From Octopus vulgaris (Eukaryota): a DNA stretch of 64,000 nt. Made by a program: the position numbers and the translations under genes. Shown here in pieces: positions 1 through 13,111 of the stretch. Below the pieces are notes generated by a model, which searched no databases, was not told the DNA's origin, and worked only from the letters and a program-made list of their open reading frames with translations. The stretch is from contig OX597817.1 of assembly GCA_951406725.2 (NCBI GenBank), positions 163,122,001-163,186,000 of the forward strand, read 5' to 3'. How positions within the stretch are numbered: the first letter of the stretch is position 1; the number at the start of each line of letters is the position of its first letter.

Positions 1-72
1 ACGCAGTGGGACTGAACCCGGAACCATGTGGTTGGAAAGCAAGCTACTTACCACACAGCCACTCCTACGCCT
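1..72 (-). mobile_element. SINE family A, 5' tRNA-like head (cut by window edge)
   Basis: Reverse complement of the head GGCGxAGGAGTGGCTGTGTGGTAAGTAGCTTGC...GGTTCAGTCCCACTGCG seen in full copies at 2995, 10535 and 13553. Confidence 0.85.
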
Positions 73-397
73 GCAGAATTTCTTTGCAGAATTTTTGTAA
101 ATTTCCCCTCTTGGTAATAACCAATCCAATGTTTTCCTGATTAGTAAAACACACAGTAAATACCTCGTTAGTTCTGCGAAAACTAAACAAAGGTATCTAT
201 TGATTATTGAATCGAATGGTCGTATATAAGACATATATTAACGTATGTGTGTGTGTATATCAAGTTATCGTTTATCGTTTTAATTGTTTCTGTATACATA
301 CCCCATATATTAACGTATATGTGTATGTATATTAGGCTATCTTTTATCATTTTGTTTCAATATATATACGGCGTATATCAACATATGTGTGTATGTC

Positions 398-779
398 GGA
401 GGTGCAATGGCCCAGTGGTAAGGGCAGCGGACTCGCGGTCATAGGATCGCGGTTTCGATTCCCAGACCGGGCGTTGTGAGTGTTTATTGAGCGATAACAC
501 CTAAAGCTCCACGAGGCTCCGGCAGGGGATGGTGGTGATCCCTGCTGTACTCTTTCACCACAACTTTCTCTCACTCTTACTTCCTGTTTCTGTTGTACCT
601 GTATTTCAAAGGGCCGGCCTTGTCACTCTCTGTGTCACGCTGAATATCCCCGAGAACTACGTTAAGGGTACACGTGTCTGTGGAGTGCTCAGCCACTTAC
701 ACGTTAATTTCACGAGCAGGCTGTTCCGTTGATTCGGATCAACCGGAACCCTCGTCGTCGTAACCGACGGAGTGCTGCC
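398..779 (+). mobile_element. SINE family C, full length (tRNA-derived head)
   Basis: Pol III A-box-like TGGCCCAGTGG and B-box-like GTTTCGATTCC; near-identical to 5177-5560; ATGTGTGTATGT on both sides (probable TSD). Confidence 0.85.
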
Positions 780-2306
780 ATGTGTGTATGTGTATTAAGG
801 TAACTTTTATCGTTTTACTTGCTTCAGTCATTGGACTGCGATCATTGAAATTTATGTAGTTTTGCTGTTTGTATCTTAATATGCCTTGCTATTGTATGAT
901 TGTCCTTCATTGAGATTCTAATTATGGCCAGGGCAAAACTTATTTTAGAATTTCTAGTTTAGGGTTTTGTTGCATATATCTTTTTGATGCAAATTTGCAA
1001 TCAAATTTTATACGAAACAGATCGTGTACAAGTTTGCATCTTCCTAAATCCAGGAACATTCCAATCGATAATGCAGAAGCAGTAAAACACGCCAACATTA
1101 CTCCACCCTGTATATATACTTTCTCCAATATCAAAACGAGCAAAGATCCTCTATGTGGCTGTTCGACATGCTAGAAATAGTGGTCAACCCTTTTGTTACC
1201 AACCCGCTCGAGACTGACCTTGTTTCTATGAAACAAACTTCCTGTTTTAGAGCGATTTACCGTATCTGATGGTATACAAACACTCCCCTCCAAAAAATGT
1301 CTGAAATAATCACCCCAGATCCTATATGTAGAGTTGGGTCTATATTACAAGATTCAATGCACTAAAAGCTGCTGAAATTGGAATGTTCGTGTGTCTTTTA
1401 TGCCATCAAATATGGTAAATTAAAACCTTTCTTCAAAATTTCATGTTAATTTATTCCAAATTACTGCTTAAATGATCACAAAGTTATTTTACTAAATTCT
1501 TCGTTATTTAAAAAAAATAATTGGAACAAAGGCAAAGTATTTCAGCATAAATATCGTAACAAGAGGATTAATTTTCTTTCAAATATCATATTCCAGCTTC
1601 TTAATAGAAAAGAAAAAGGGAACAAAAAGAAACGCGGATTTAGATAATACAACTCTTAGATACAAAGAGCCTGAAAAAAAAAATTAAAGATGGAATGTTC
1701 TTGGTTAGATGGCTATTAATCATAGACCTACGAACAAGTTAGATGTGGGGTTAAAAAACACAGACGAGAACAGCAACAATAAAACACCAATAATAACAAT
1801 AATAACTACAAAATCTCTCCTTAATCTCAATTAGCTTAATGTTCTCGTGTGGTTGAATTCTATCAACTACATTTTCAACAGAGTACTTTGTGCAGACCTT
1901 ACGTTTTTCTTTTTCCTTTTTATTTCATATCGAATGGCTTCTGCCGAAACCTATTTGCCGCCTAAATTATTGTTTGCTCAACCACTGACTGTATAAACAA
2001 AAAAAAAAATGCAAATAGCATCGATGATTTGCATATTTATTTTTTATACGTTCCAGCAGATCCAAACGCAAATACACAAGTCGCTGTTGTGTGCGTCACA
2101 GAATAACAACTTCTCTCTTAGAGACGTCAGCGTATTCATAAATCTCTCAGCTCATTGGCGCAAGGGATTCTGAGACACAATTATTTAAACAAGTGTCTCA
2201 TCAAACAGAATATTAACAAGGTTTCTAAAGATTACTGAAGGCTATCGTTAAAAAAAAGTTAACCGTTGCTGCATTCGTAACTTACGTAGATAAAATTTAC
2301 TACATA

Positions 2307-2478
2307 GGCGCAGATATGGCCGTATGGTTAAGAAGCTCACTTTTTTACAACCACATAATTTCGGGTTCAGTCCCACGATGCGGCACTTCGGGCAAGTGTC
2401 TTCTACTGTAGCCCCAGGTCGAGCAATACCTTGTGAGTGAATCTGGTACACGGAAACAGTGTAGAAGCATCTCGTATA
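2307..2478 (+). mobile_element. SINE family A, degenerate 5' half
   Basis: Diverged match to the family A head and GGGCAAGTGTCTTCTACT region, ending in (CA)n. Confidence 0.75.
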
Positions 2479-2485
2479 CATACAC

Positions 2486-2548
<63 letters not shown>

Positions 2549-2659
2549 CATGCCTCAAGGCGGTGTTTTAGCATGGTTGCAGTCTAATGACCGAAAGAAC
2601 AAAAGAATATATATTCTTTTATTCCTTCCCTTGTTTCAGTCATTTGACTGCGGCAATGT

Positions 2660-2861
2660 TGATTCGTTAGCTACTGCACGCATTTTTTTCTCTCTCCTTC
2701 TTTCTGTGTTTTTTTCTCTCTGTGTATCTTTCTGTTGAAGAGCGTAGGCTCGAAACGTTAAAGACTTGTTTTATTTATATTTCCTGAGCGCCATACTAAT
2801 ACAATTGTTTGTTTGTTTTCCACCTGCCTTCGTCTTTTGTCTATTTTCATAAAGCTTCCCG

Positions 2862-2863
<2 letters not shown>
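2660..2863 (+). mobile_element. Short hammerhead-bearing Penelope-like (pLTR-type) element, family H1
   Basis: Paralogous to 26098-26275; contains a hammerhead-like motif at 2727-2764; 3' end joins (TA)n. Confidence 0.65.
2727..2764 (+). ncRNA. Minimal type I hammerhead-like motif (variant core CUGUUGA)
   Basis: TCTTT-CTGTTGA-A-GAGC gtag GCTC-GAAA-CG-TT-AAAGA: helix I, core, helix II, GAAA and palindromic AACGTT helix III. A6 is replaced by U. Confidence 0.55.
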
Positions 2864-2953
<90 letters not shown>

Positions 2954-2994
2954 GACATCTACATAAGATGTAGATGTATAACATCTACAAAGTA

Positions 2995-3156
2995 GGCGCA
3001 GGAGTGGCTGTGTGGTAAGTAGCTTGCTTACCAACCACATGGTTCTGGGTTCAGTCCCACTGCGTGGTACCTTGGGCAAGTGTCTTCTACTATAACTTCG
3101 GGCCGACCAAAGCCTTGTGAGTGGATTTGATAGACGGAAACTGAAAGAAGCCTGCC

Positions 3157-3210
<54 letters not shown>

Positions 3211-3405
3211 GTATGTATATGTTTGTGTGTTTGTGTTTGTCCCCCCAACATCGCTTGACAACCGATGCTGGTGTGTTTACGTCCCCGTAACTTAGCGGTT
3301 CGGCAAAAGATACCGATAGAATAAATACTGGGCCTATTTGTCCGATTAAACCCTTCAAGACGGTGCCCCTGTATGCCAGCAGTCCAAGTAAACGGTAAAA
3401 GATTA
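2995..3405 (+). mobile_element. SINE family A, full length with internal (TA)n/(TATG)n tract
   Basis: tRNA-like head, CORE-like ACCTTGGGCAAGT motif, internal microsatellite and conserved 3' half. Confidence 0.9.
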
Positions 3406-3954
3406 AATATTATTATTTCCACCCCGACTAAAACAAAAAAAAAAAACAAATAAAGAAAGTAAGAACAAAAATATGGCAACAACAAAAACCACAAGTACCT
3501 CAGTTATCAGTGATTGGATATTTTCATGCTAGTAATTTCTAGCGCGCGCAAACGAACACATTTTCGTTATAACTACGTCATGTTCCCGCAAGTTTTCAGC
3601 TCCATGTTTTTATTATTTAAACGACATATAATGTGATATTATATGTAAAATACCCTGAACTTTTAAGCAATATCTATTGTATGCACATCTTTTATCGACT
3701 GAATCACATAAAAAGCTCTGTAAACATACTTTTATGGCGTATTTATGTTCAAAATGGCTTCCTTTGTTTACGATAGAATTAGTTAACCGAATAAAATACT
3801 TCCACCCGTTAGGACTGTCATGAGCTTTAGCACTCATAATGTGGGTAGTTAATCATGTTTTCTTGGCGTATTTCAACACTATGACCCCTCCCGCCAACGT
3901 TTGGAATGAAGCACTGGTCCGTCGTTAAGTTAATTTTCCTGTTATTGCTGGAAC

Positions 3955-4092
3955 ATTTTTACAGCAGAGTGGACTGGAGCAACGTGAAATGAAGTATTTT
4001 GTTCAAGAACACAACGCATCACTCGGTGAATCGAAACCGCAATCTTACGGTTGTGAGTGCAACACTCTAACCACTAGGCCATGTATCTTCAC
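3955..4092 (-). mobile_element. SINE family D, degenerate
   Basis: Reverse complement matches 31242-31380 (GTGTTCTTGAxCAAAAxACTTCATTxCACGTTGCTCCAGTCCACTC). Confidence 0.75.
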
Positions 4093-4126
4093 TACTCCAA
4101 TATCGCGGTTTAATCGAAGATTTAAA

Positions 4127-4686
4127 ATTATTGGTTTCAAATTTTGGCACAAGGCCAGCAACCTCGGAGTTGGGAATATGTCGTTTGCATCGATCCTAGA
4201 ACTCAATTGGTACTTATTTTATCGACCACGAAATAATGAAAGCAAAGTCGGCTTTAGTGGCATTTGAACTCAGAACGTAAAGACAGACGCAATGCCGCTA
4301 AGGATTTTCCACCCCAACGTGCTAATTATTCTTTTCTGCTGTAGGCTCAAGGTCCAAAATTTTGGGAGACGGGAGCCAGTCGATTAGATCGACCCGAGTA
4401 CGCAACTGGTACTTAATTTATCGACACCGAGAGGATGAAAGGCAAACTCTTTGCCTTTCATCCTCTCGGTGTCGATAAATAAAGCACAGAGGGGACAAAC
4501 AAAGACAGACAAAGGGATTAAGTAGATTACATCGACCCCGGTGCATAACTGGTACTTAATTTATCGACCCCGAAAGGATGAAAAGCAAAGTCGACCTCGG
4601 CGGAATTTGAACTCAGAACGTAAAAACAGACGAAATAACGCTAAGCATTTCGTCCGGCGTGCTAACGTTTCTGCCAGCTCGCCGCC
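4127..4686 (-). mobile_element. SINE family B cluster (nested or partial copies)
   Basis: Several reverse-complement copies of GCCTTTCATCCTTTCGGGGTCGATAAATTAAGTACCAG (MetaSINE-like central domain) plus a head at 4660-4686. Confidence 0.85.
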
Positions 4687-4840
4687 TCGTAATTGAAATT
4701 ATTGCCATGCATATTCACAAGCACGTGAACCTCGCACAAACGCGTGCCCCCCCCCCACTCACACAAACATATGCATACACAGTCCAAGCACATGCATATC
4801 CACCTGTACAAACATACATACGTACAGACATAAATACTCG

Positions 4841-4871
<31 letters not shown>

Positions 4872-5176
4872 CTAGGCTTACAAAGAGTGAGTCCTCAGGT
4901 CGATTTGTTCGACTAAAGGCGGTGCTCCAGCATGGCCGCAGTCAAATGGCTGAAAAGAGTTAAAGAGTACACCCCTATACAAAAATTACCCACACCCGGA
5001 GACAGACATGCAAGCACACATGCACCTACACACGCACACACATACACTATATACGCACCCATGCATAATTACATTCGCATATACACTCACACATGCATAC
5101 ACACTTATATGTATAACAGTGTGTGTGTGTGTGTGTATTGTGTGTATGTATGTATGTAAGTATGTATATATTACAT

Positions 5177-5560
5177 GGAGGCGCAATAGCCCGGTGGTTA
5201 GGGCAGCGGACTCGCGGTCATAGGATCGCGGTTTCGATTCCCAGACCGGGCGTCGTGAGTGTTTATTGAGCGATAACACCTAAAGCTCCACGAGGCTCCG
5301 GCAGGGGATGGTGGTGATCCCTGCTGTACTCTTTCACCACAACTTTCTCTCTCTCTTACTTCCTGTTTCTGTTGTACCTGTATTTCAAGGGGCCGGCCTC
5401 GTCACTCTCTGTGTCACGCTGAATATCCCCGAGAACTACGTTAAGGGTACACGTGTCTGTGGAGTGCTCAGCCACTTACACGTTAATTTCACGAGCAGGC
5501 TGTTCCGTTGATTCGGATCAACCGGAACCCTCGTCGTCGTAACCGACGGAGTGCTTCCCA
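5177..5560 (+). mobile_element. SINE family C, full length
   Basis: Near-identical to 398-779. Confidence 0.85.
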
Positions 5561-6295
5561 TATATGTGAATGTGGATGTAAGTACGCTCCTTGAGATTCT
5601 TCTGAATCGTTGATACACAGTACGGTCTAAAGGGACAACTCGTGCTCCGTAGCAGTGTTTTGGTGGCCCACGGTGGCGAGTTTAATAAAACTAAAAGCAG
5701 TCGTTGTTTTGATTTCGCTTTTATTTATTTATTTGTTTATTTATTTATCTTTTTTTTAAAGTCGTCAGTTTATTGATTAATTTCTTAATTAGAGATATTT
5801 TCGTCTAGCATTTAGTGGTCCTTGAAGTATTTCTTCTTGAATTGTGTGGAACCACTATCTAAACGCGGCGCGGTGTCGAGGAGGGAGAAACCATCGGAAT
5901 ATATAGCATGTCTTGGGAAAGTTTTAGACCTTAGGGGCGCCAATCTCATGCCAGGTCTGACTACAGTGAATTTATTCAAGAAGAGAGAAAGATAAAAATC
6001 ATTTCCAGTACAGGATGACCGGTGTTGATTTGTTTACATCCCTATAATTAGATTATTCATCGAACCTACCTCCATCACAAAAAGTGACAAATATCAAAGC
6101 AGGCCTCGGTGGGATTCGAACTCAGTCAGAACAATTTATGCAAGGTACTCTATTCGATACGAAAATGACTGTCAGCTGTCCACCCTGCTTTTCTGATATC
6201 AAGTTTTAAAAAAAAGGTTATTGGCTATCAGAAAACATTCTTGTCTGATGTTTTAATAGGCCACGTTGAATCTTTAATCTTCCTTAATATATTCG

Positions 6296-6337
<42 letters not shown>

Positions 6338-6872
6338 AATTTTATTATTGAAATATTAGTCACTATTTTCTTAAGTAGCTGTCTTCTATTTCAATTTAAG
6401 TCTTCGACATGTACACATACACACAATGCCCACATACGTACATGTTCCCACACATACACACTCATTCTCAATGCACAAATAAAACAGGCACACCACATTC
6501 ACACACACACTTACACACACACACACGAACAAGCACATACACACGCATACAGACAGAACACACTTCCCTTCCTATATCCCTTCTTCAAATTATCTACTCC
6601 AACCTGTCCTCACATTACCAAACCTCACTCGTTATTCATACCCCTTTCTCTTTCCCTTTCTTTTCCTCTCTTTCTCTCTGTCTTTCTATGTCTCTGTCTG
6701 TCTCTCCATTACCCTTCTACATCACAATGTTTTTTTCCTTCCGTTATATTTTCTAAGCAATCATCATTATATAGAAACAGCTGTTTTAGACAAGGCAGAG
6801 GCCATTTACAAATTGTCCATTTGTCAATCCATTGTTCGTATTGATCACACTGATCCTCCTTTTATGATTCAC

Positions 6873-6874
6873 AT

Positions 6875-6955
<81 letters not shown>

Positions 6956-7246
6956 TGTTGTTAATGGTGATAGTCATGTGTGTTAATGGTGTAACTGCTG
7001 CAATAAGGCATGATGGCGGTGACGGCGGTGACATTAGTGGTGGGGGCGGCAGCGGTGGTAGTAGTAGTCCTAATGATGATGATGATGATGATGATGATGA
7101 GGACGATGATGACGATGATGATACTCGGTGAGGGTGATGATGATGATTGGTAAGGATGAAAGGGACGATGATGATAACGATGATGATGACGATGATGATA
7201 ATGATGATTATGAGAATATTGATGATGTTGATGATGGTGATGATTG
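6873..7246. repeat. Compound trinucleotide tract (CAG)n(TAG)n ... (GAT)n
   Basis: Directly visible repeats; no continuous open frame. Confidence 0.9.
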
Positions 7247-7779
7247 AATAACCAAAAGAAAGACAAGCAATTTTATTAATGCTACGAACCTTAATTGTAC
7301 AGAGCAGCGTTACGCTATTTTAAAGTTCAGTGCCTTTCGTATTTATTAGATAAAACGCTGTCAGGTTTGACTTCATCTTTCCTCACTCAAATCAACTGTC
7401 TACACATTCTCTTTATATAAATTTAACCATAAGCTTAGTGAAAAGAAATTAGAATTCTACGATCGGCTTTATTGATCGAGAAGAATGTGGATTGCTGCTT
7501 ATTGCTTTGCACATACGCATCTCGAGGACAAATGGATTTGTATTTATGGCATCATTAATGTATCTTGCAGAGAACCTCAGCTGGTGAAGTGGTAAAAATG
7601 TGTGTCGGCCTTCTCGTTCGAGTGCTTCGTTTCAGACTGAGTTATCGTTACTACATTTTGTCCTGTGACGAATGTACTTGACTATATCTGGCTCAGACTG
7701 TTTATCTGTATAGACAGCTGCAGGTATATTAAAAAGATCATACAACATAAATTCTTGATTTATTAAAATTGTCACTGCC

Positions 7780-9200
7780 TCTAGAGGTTGTATCATAATT
7801 ACCAAATGACAATTAGGAACAGCTACATATCAGAAGGGACGATAATCTCAAGAATCAAGAATTCTTCGATGTTGACAAGCTATTAAGTTATTAAGAAAAA
7901 GGACAGGCTTACTGTCTGGAGATAAGAGAGCAGTCGTGGGCATGTGTTTCTTACTCAAAAGCCCTCATCAGCACGACTGTTGCCTGACCTTATCTCCAGT
8001 ACCCAACGGACTTGGATGTATATAAAAAGAAATAGAACACATAACCTCGGAAATTTACACAATTTAAACAAAAAATATGCTGAGAGAAATAACTCAGAGG
8101 GGGGTCAGTGGCATGTATTTGAACAACGTAGACAAATACAGGTATATCAAACACTATACATCACGAATTATTGATTTATTAACATCATCTCCACCTCAAG
8201 AATCAAGACTTCGTCAAAGTTGTCATGCCATTAAGGAAAAAGACAGGCTTATTGTCTGGAGATAAGCGGGCAGTCGTGGGTACAAGTTCCTGATTCAATA
8301 AGCGCCATTAGCACGACAATTGTCCGATCCTGTCTATAGTAACCAAGAAACTTAATGTAAGGTACATTTAATGAAAAGCAACTTGAGAAATTGTTAGCTT
8401 CTTTGAATGAATTATATTGAAATGTCACTATGGAAACTGATAACATGCCTGCATCTATAATCTCTTATCGTTTTGTAAAAGTTTACCAGAATTGATAGCG
8501 ATCTGCATTAGTTGATTTAACAAACATTATCGTTCCTCCTTCAGGATTCCACTAATTGCACCTTCAATTGTCTAATTGATAATTGGTTCGTAGATTTCTA
8601 ACGCGGAGCTCAAAAATCTATTGTTTTTATTGCCTGGAGTGCAGGTCTCGTGAAGTCAATAAACTCTCGATGGTGAATGCATCTGATTAGGAAAAGTCAA
8701 CTAATTGCCGCTATTTATCATACTTGCGTGATATAACTATGTATTGATTTGCTACTTTTTGCTATTTCTAGCCCATTGTGTCTTAGATATATTCACAAAC
8801 ATTTCTAGGTTAGACGTTTACTCTGCAGTTACCTTCAATGAATATTACTTAAATGCCCCTATGGAAACAGAATAATAAGTTTGCATTTATAATCACATTT
8901 CATTTTGTAATACTTTAACCGCAATTGATAGTGAGTTCACCAGATGCTTTCGTATTAATTATTACTCTATTGTATGGTTCTGTGTATGGCTTTCATTGTA
9001 ATTCTAATTGTACCTTTCATCTCAGTTTCTCATATGCATGTTGTATTGTTTTATTGTTAGGTTGCTGGCCAGTTTCTTTTTATAGAGATATTTGTACGCT
9101 TTTAAATATTTATTAGGTGTATTATGGATTATACACATTTCATTCTCAGCTTTTTAGCTTTAGTTTATCGTCCATATTGTTTAAGAGGTATTAAAACAAT
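7780..9200 (-). mobile_element. Decayed Penelope-like element with tandem pLTR-like repeats
   Basis: Two diverged direct repeats (about 7847-7990 and 8195-8335), each with a hammerhead remnant on the minus strand. Upstream minus-strand peptides weakly resemble a GIY-YIG C-terminus (NNRFLSSALEIYE). Confidence 0.45.
7931..7979 (-). ncRNA. Type I hammerhead motif, probably decayed
   Basis: Minus strand: CAGTCGTG-CTGATGA-GGGCTTTTGAGTAA-GAAA-CACATG-CC-CACGACTG. Helix I has 8 bp and the core is intact, but the cleavage triplet reads GCC and helix II is weakened. Confidence 0.55.
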
Positions 9201-9254
9201 TTTCTAAACAAGAAATTCACGAATACTTTCAAGGACGTATTAGACCAGGAGATT

Positions 9255-9480
9255 TATGTTGCCTGAGTAATTTGCGAATTTGAACATTTGAGGTTAAGTG
9301 GTCGAGGACACAACATAACAGGGTGTTTCAGATGGCACAGATTCAGAAAATAAAGGATAGGACAAAGTATATGGCGTTGGGTTTTGGCGATGAGAAAGAG
9401 TATAGCGGGAGAGATGTTCAGAGGAGCAAAGATCATTGTAGCAGTGGAAGAAGAGATAATGTCGTAGCGTGATTAAAGGT
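9255..9480 (-). mobile_element. Decayed CR1-like LINE ORF2 C-terminal fragment
   Basis: Minus-strand peptide LFFHCYNDLCSSE resembles the CR1-clade LFYRYYxGxCSxEL motif. Confidence 0.4.
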
Positions 9481-9949
9481 TTTAGTGAGCGAAAGATTTT
9501 TTTTTTTAATGCGGTCCTGAATCTTCCGTATCTCGAGCCTTTACACAGTCAGTCGCTATTCTGAAACGAAACCTTCAAGTGCGTGCGTGCGTGTATGCGT
9601 GTGTTTGCTTGTGTTTGTGAGTGTTTATCATTTCTAGGTGTAGGTGATAGAAGAGTTGTATTATCTGCATCGGGCTGGGTATGCTAGCTGGGTAGCCTAA
9701 TCCTTTTCACAGACAAACTGTGATTGGAGACATAACCGAACCTTGGCGGGCAATCGTATTAAGTGGGTAAGTGCTGTAGGAGCACTTTCAGCTTGTGACA
9801 CGGTAGACGGACATGACAGGATCGTTGTTATCCATGCCGTTACCTCACTGGATATTTTGTCGAGATTAGAGACAGTGAAATTGTTGTTGCTTATCTTAAA
9901 TAAGATTCTCGAAAGCGGGATCAAATTTTTGAGTATTTTCACGAATCAA

Positions 9950-10200
9950 TGATATAAGACCGAGTTTACGGCATTTTTGTGATCAATCGTTCAAATCTAC
10001 GACAGGTTTCTCATGAGTACATTTGCAACATTCAGCAATCTTTCGTTAATAAGCACCTGGTCAATTTTCCCATAGAAATTGAACATAAGACTCCCTTAGT
10101 CTTCAAGCACTTGATAGTTACCTTGAACTATTTTTAAATATTGTATAGAATAATATTTTTGAGAACAATTTCTTATTCATTTGTTGGTCTTTCCATAAGA
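9950..10200 (-). mobile_element. Possible LINE APE-endonuclease remnant
   Basis: Minus-strand pieces TIFKNSSR ... IDQVLINERLLN ... IDH resemble the APE motifs NTxF, IDxILI and SDH; interrupted by stops. Confidence 0.35.
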
Positions 10201-10250
10201 TTATCGTTCTTGTAGAAAACATAAAGACATTTTTTCCGAATGATTTAAAT

Positions 10251-11068
10251 GAGTAGTTCTTAACCAGGGTCCATGCAAGATTTTTGGGGCTCCACTCAAG
10301 CAAAATAGTAAATTGGGTCCACAGTTGCATTTTAAGGGTAACTGAATTTTTTTTTTTTTACTTTAGATGTATTTATTACCAGAAACAGTTAAGTTTCTTT
10401 CTCTAATATTTTACATAGTTTAACATGTTCCCAGCCACGGTAACATGTTCTTTTAGAGAGTGCTATTGCAAACCTATACAAATGAACGTGTGAAAAACAA
10501 AAATAGGAATTTTGAAAGTACGCAGGTGGGATATGCGCAGGAGTGGCTGTGTGGTAAGTAGCTTGCTTACCAACCACATGATTCCGGGTTCAGTCCCACT
10601 GCGTGGCACCTTGGGCGAGTGTCTTCTACTATAGCCTCGGGCCGGCCAAAGCCTTTTGAGTGGATTTGGTAGACGGAAACTGAAAGAAGCCCGTCGTATA
10701 TATGCATATGTATATATATATCTGTGTGTGTGTTTGTGTGTCTGTGTTTGTCCCCCCACCAACATCGCTTGATATCCGATGCTGGTGTGTTTACGTCCCC
10801 GTAACTTAGCGGTTCGGTAAAAGAGACCGATAGAATAAGTGCAAGGCTTACAAAGAATAAGCCCTGGGGGTCGATTTGCTCGACTAAAAGCGGTGCTCCA
10901 GCATGGCCGCGGTCAAATGGCTGATACAAGTAAAAGAGTAAAGAGTAAAGAGTGCTTATAAAGCTAGTTTTTAAACGTCGAATGGCTGTGAGGGTCGACC
11001 AGAGTAAAATAGTTTTCAAAGGGTTTCATATGTAAAAAAAAAAAAAAAAAAAAAGTCGAGAACCACTG
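10251..11068. mobile_element. hAT-type non-autonomous element (MITE) with a nested SINE
   Basis: Imperfect TIRs GAGTAGTTCTTAAC / GTCGAGAACCACTG and 8-bp TSD ATTTAAAT at 10243-10250 and 11069-11076. Confidence 0.7.
10535..10952 (+). mobile_element. SINE family A, full length
   Basis: Complete head, body and AAGAGTA-type repeated tail. Confidence 0.9.
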
Positions 11069-11539
11069 ATTTAAATGATGTTAAAAGCTGTTTCTGTATA
11101 TTTATGGTACAAGTTGAACGAAACCCAACAATTATCTAAGATGTTCTGAGACAATAGATTTGCGGACTGTTTTAAAATAGCCACCATCTTAATCACCCTC
11201 AAAAGGACAATTGTTATCTCGCTGCTGTTATTTCTGTTGTTGCTTCAGTTGTTATTTAGCAACATTTTTCTCTTGACTCCTGTTGTTATTTCTGACATAC
11301 ACAAACATACACGTATGTTCTTTGAATTCTATGTATTGTTTTATGGTTCTTTCTGTTCAGTACATTTACAAGAGGTATGAAGAATGAGAGAAACAGTTAA
11401 GATCCTGTTACATCAGGTAGTCGCAAGTACCGACCGTAATTTTGTAGCTGGTATGACAACACTATATATGCAGTAAGTCCACAATGCAACTTTGAAACAT
11501 GATAGCAAAAATCTAATGAAACATTATCTTTCTTTTATA

Positions 11540-12312
11540 TCTTTCTTTTACTTGTTTCAGACGTTGAACTGCGGCCAAGCTAGAGCACCGCTTTGAAGGG
11601 TTTAATTGAACAAAAACAATCCCAGTATTTATTCTTTCAAAATCTGGCACTTACACAATCTCTCCCTCTTTTACTTTTTTACTTGTTTCAGTCATTTGAC
11701 TGTGGTCATGCTGGAGCACCGCCTTTAGTCGAGCAAATCGACCCCTGGTACTTATTCTATCGGTATCTTTTGCCGAACCTCAAAGTTACGGGGACGTAAA
11801 CACACAAGCATCGATTGTCAAGCGATGTTGAGGGACAAACACACTCACACACACATATATATATATACATATATACGACGGGCTTCTTTCAGTTTCCTTC
11901 TACCAAATCTATTAACAAGGCTTTGGTCGGCCCGAGGCTACAGTCGAAGACACTTGCCCAAGGTGCCACGTAGTGGGACTGAACCCGGAACCATGTGGCT
12001 GGTAAGCAAGCTACTTACCACACAGACACTCCTACTCTGTCACTTTTGCTGAATCGCTAGGTTTCGGGTATGTAAACACACCCACACTGGTTGTCAAGCG
12101 ATGGTAGGGGACGAACATGTATATATATCTACACACACACACACACATGATGACATTCCACACAGTTTCTGTTTCTCAAATTTACCCACAAGGCCTTGGT
12201 TGACTCAGGGCTATAGTAGAAGATATTTGCCTAAGATTCCGCGCAGTGGAACTGAACAAGAAACCATGCAGTTGCAAAGCGAGCTGCTTAAACCACACAG
12301 TCATGCTGGCGC
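11540..12312 (-). mobile_element. SINE family A cluster (younger copy at 11665-12036 nested in an older copy)
   Basis: Reverse-complement family A segments; the older copy is split around the younger one. Confidence 0.8.
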
Positions 12313-12807
12313 CATTATGTATACTAAGTGAAAAATAAAAATAAAATGTGATCCATCTTGAATAGAGTAGTATCTGCAATATTTATCCAATTTTAAAACA
12401 ACTTAATACTTTGAAAGAAATTAGAATTTAAAAACAAAACTTGAGGTATTAAAACAGAAAATGTAAACTAAAAATATAGCAGAACGTTTTTGAAAATAGT
12501 ATTTTAAAAATATTTCGAATATGCCCGTCTTGGGAGAGAAATATTTGCAGGGAGGTATATATATATAAATTGTAAAATTTACATAAAGAAGTTGATAAGG
12601 AAGGATTGTTGCGCATTGTGGTTATAGGAATTGAAGATCAGAGAATAGAATAAAATGAAGGGGAAAAAAATTCCAAGATAAAGAAAAGGAATTTACTGGA
12701 TCTCAGATTGGCTTTTAGGCGGGATATTTACCATTTGCAATGGATGGTGAGTCAAGATTGAGTTCAGCGTTGCGTAAGGAATAGGTGAAAAAAAAAAGGG
12801 AAGAAAT

Positions 12808-12811
<4 letters not shown>

Positions 12812-12875
<64 letters not shown>

Positions 12876-13076
12876 AGGGAGAGAGAGAGAGAGAACGCAT
12901 AACTTTTACAGGGGTTCCGAAAACAACAAAACTCTTCCTTGAAATGAATGAGAGAAAGTAAGGAAGTTAGAAGTAAGGAAATGAGGGACGAGTTGCTAGC
13001 TTGTCAGAGAATGAGCTGAATGAACACAGAGAGAGGGGGAGAGAGAAAGGGTGGAAGAGAGAGAGAGAGAGAGAGG

Positions 13077-13108
<32 letters not shown>
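12812..13108. repeat. (GA)n microsatellites
   Basis: Two visible GA tracts. Confidence 0.9.

Positions 13109-13111
<3 letters not shown>

Noticed and set aside
398-470. tRNA genes at SINE heads
   Set aside because: A/B boxes are present but continue into SINE bodies; no complete cloverleaf with a terminator.
6873-7246. PolyQ or polyD coding region
   Set aside because: (CAG)n runs directly into in-frame (TAG)n and the GAT tract is broken by frame shifts and stops.
7571-7723. Candidate exon (TTGCAG acceptor, CAG/GTATAT donor)
   Set aside because: The frame checked has a stop, there is no recognisable peptide and the donor is weak; unsupported without RNA data.
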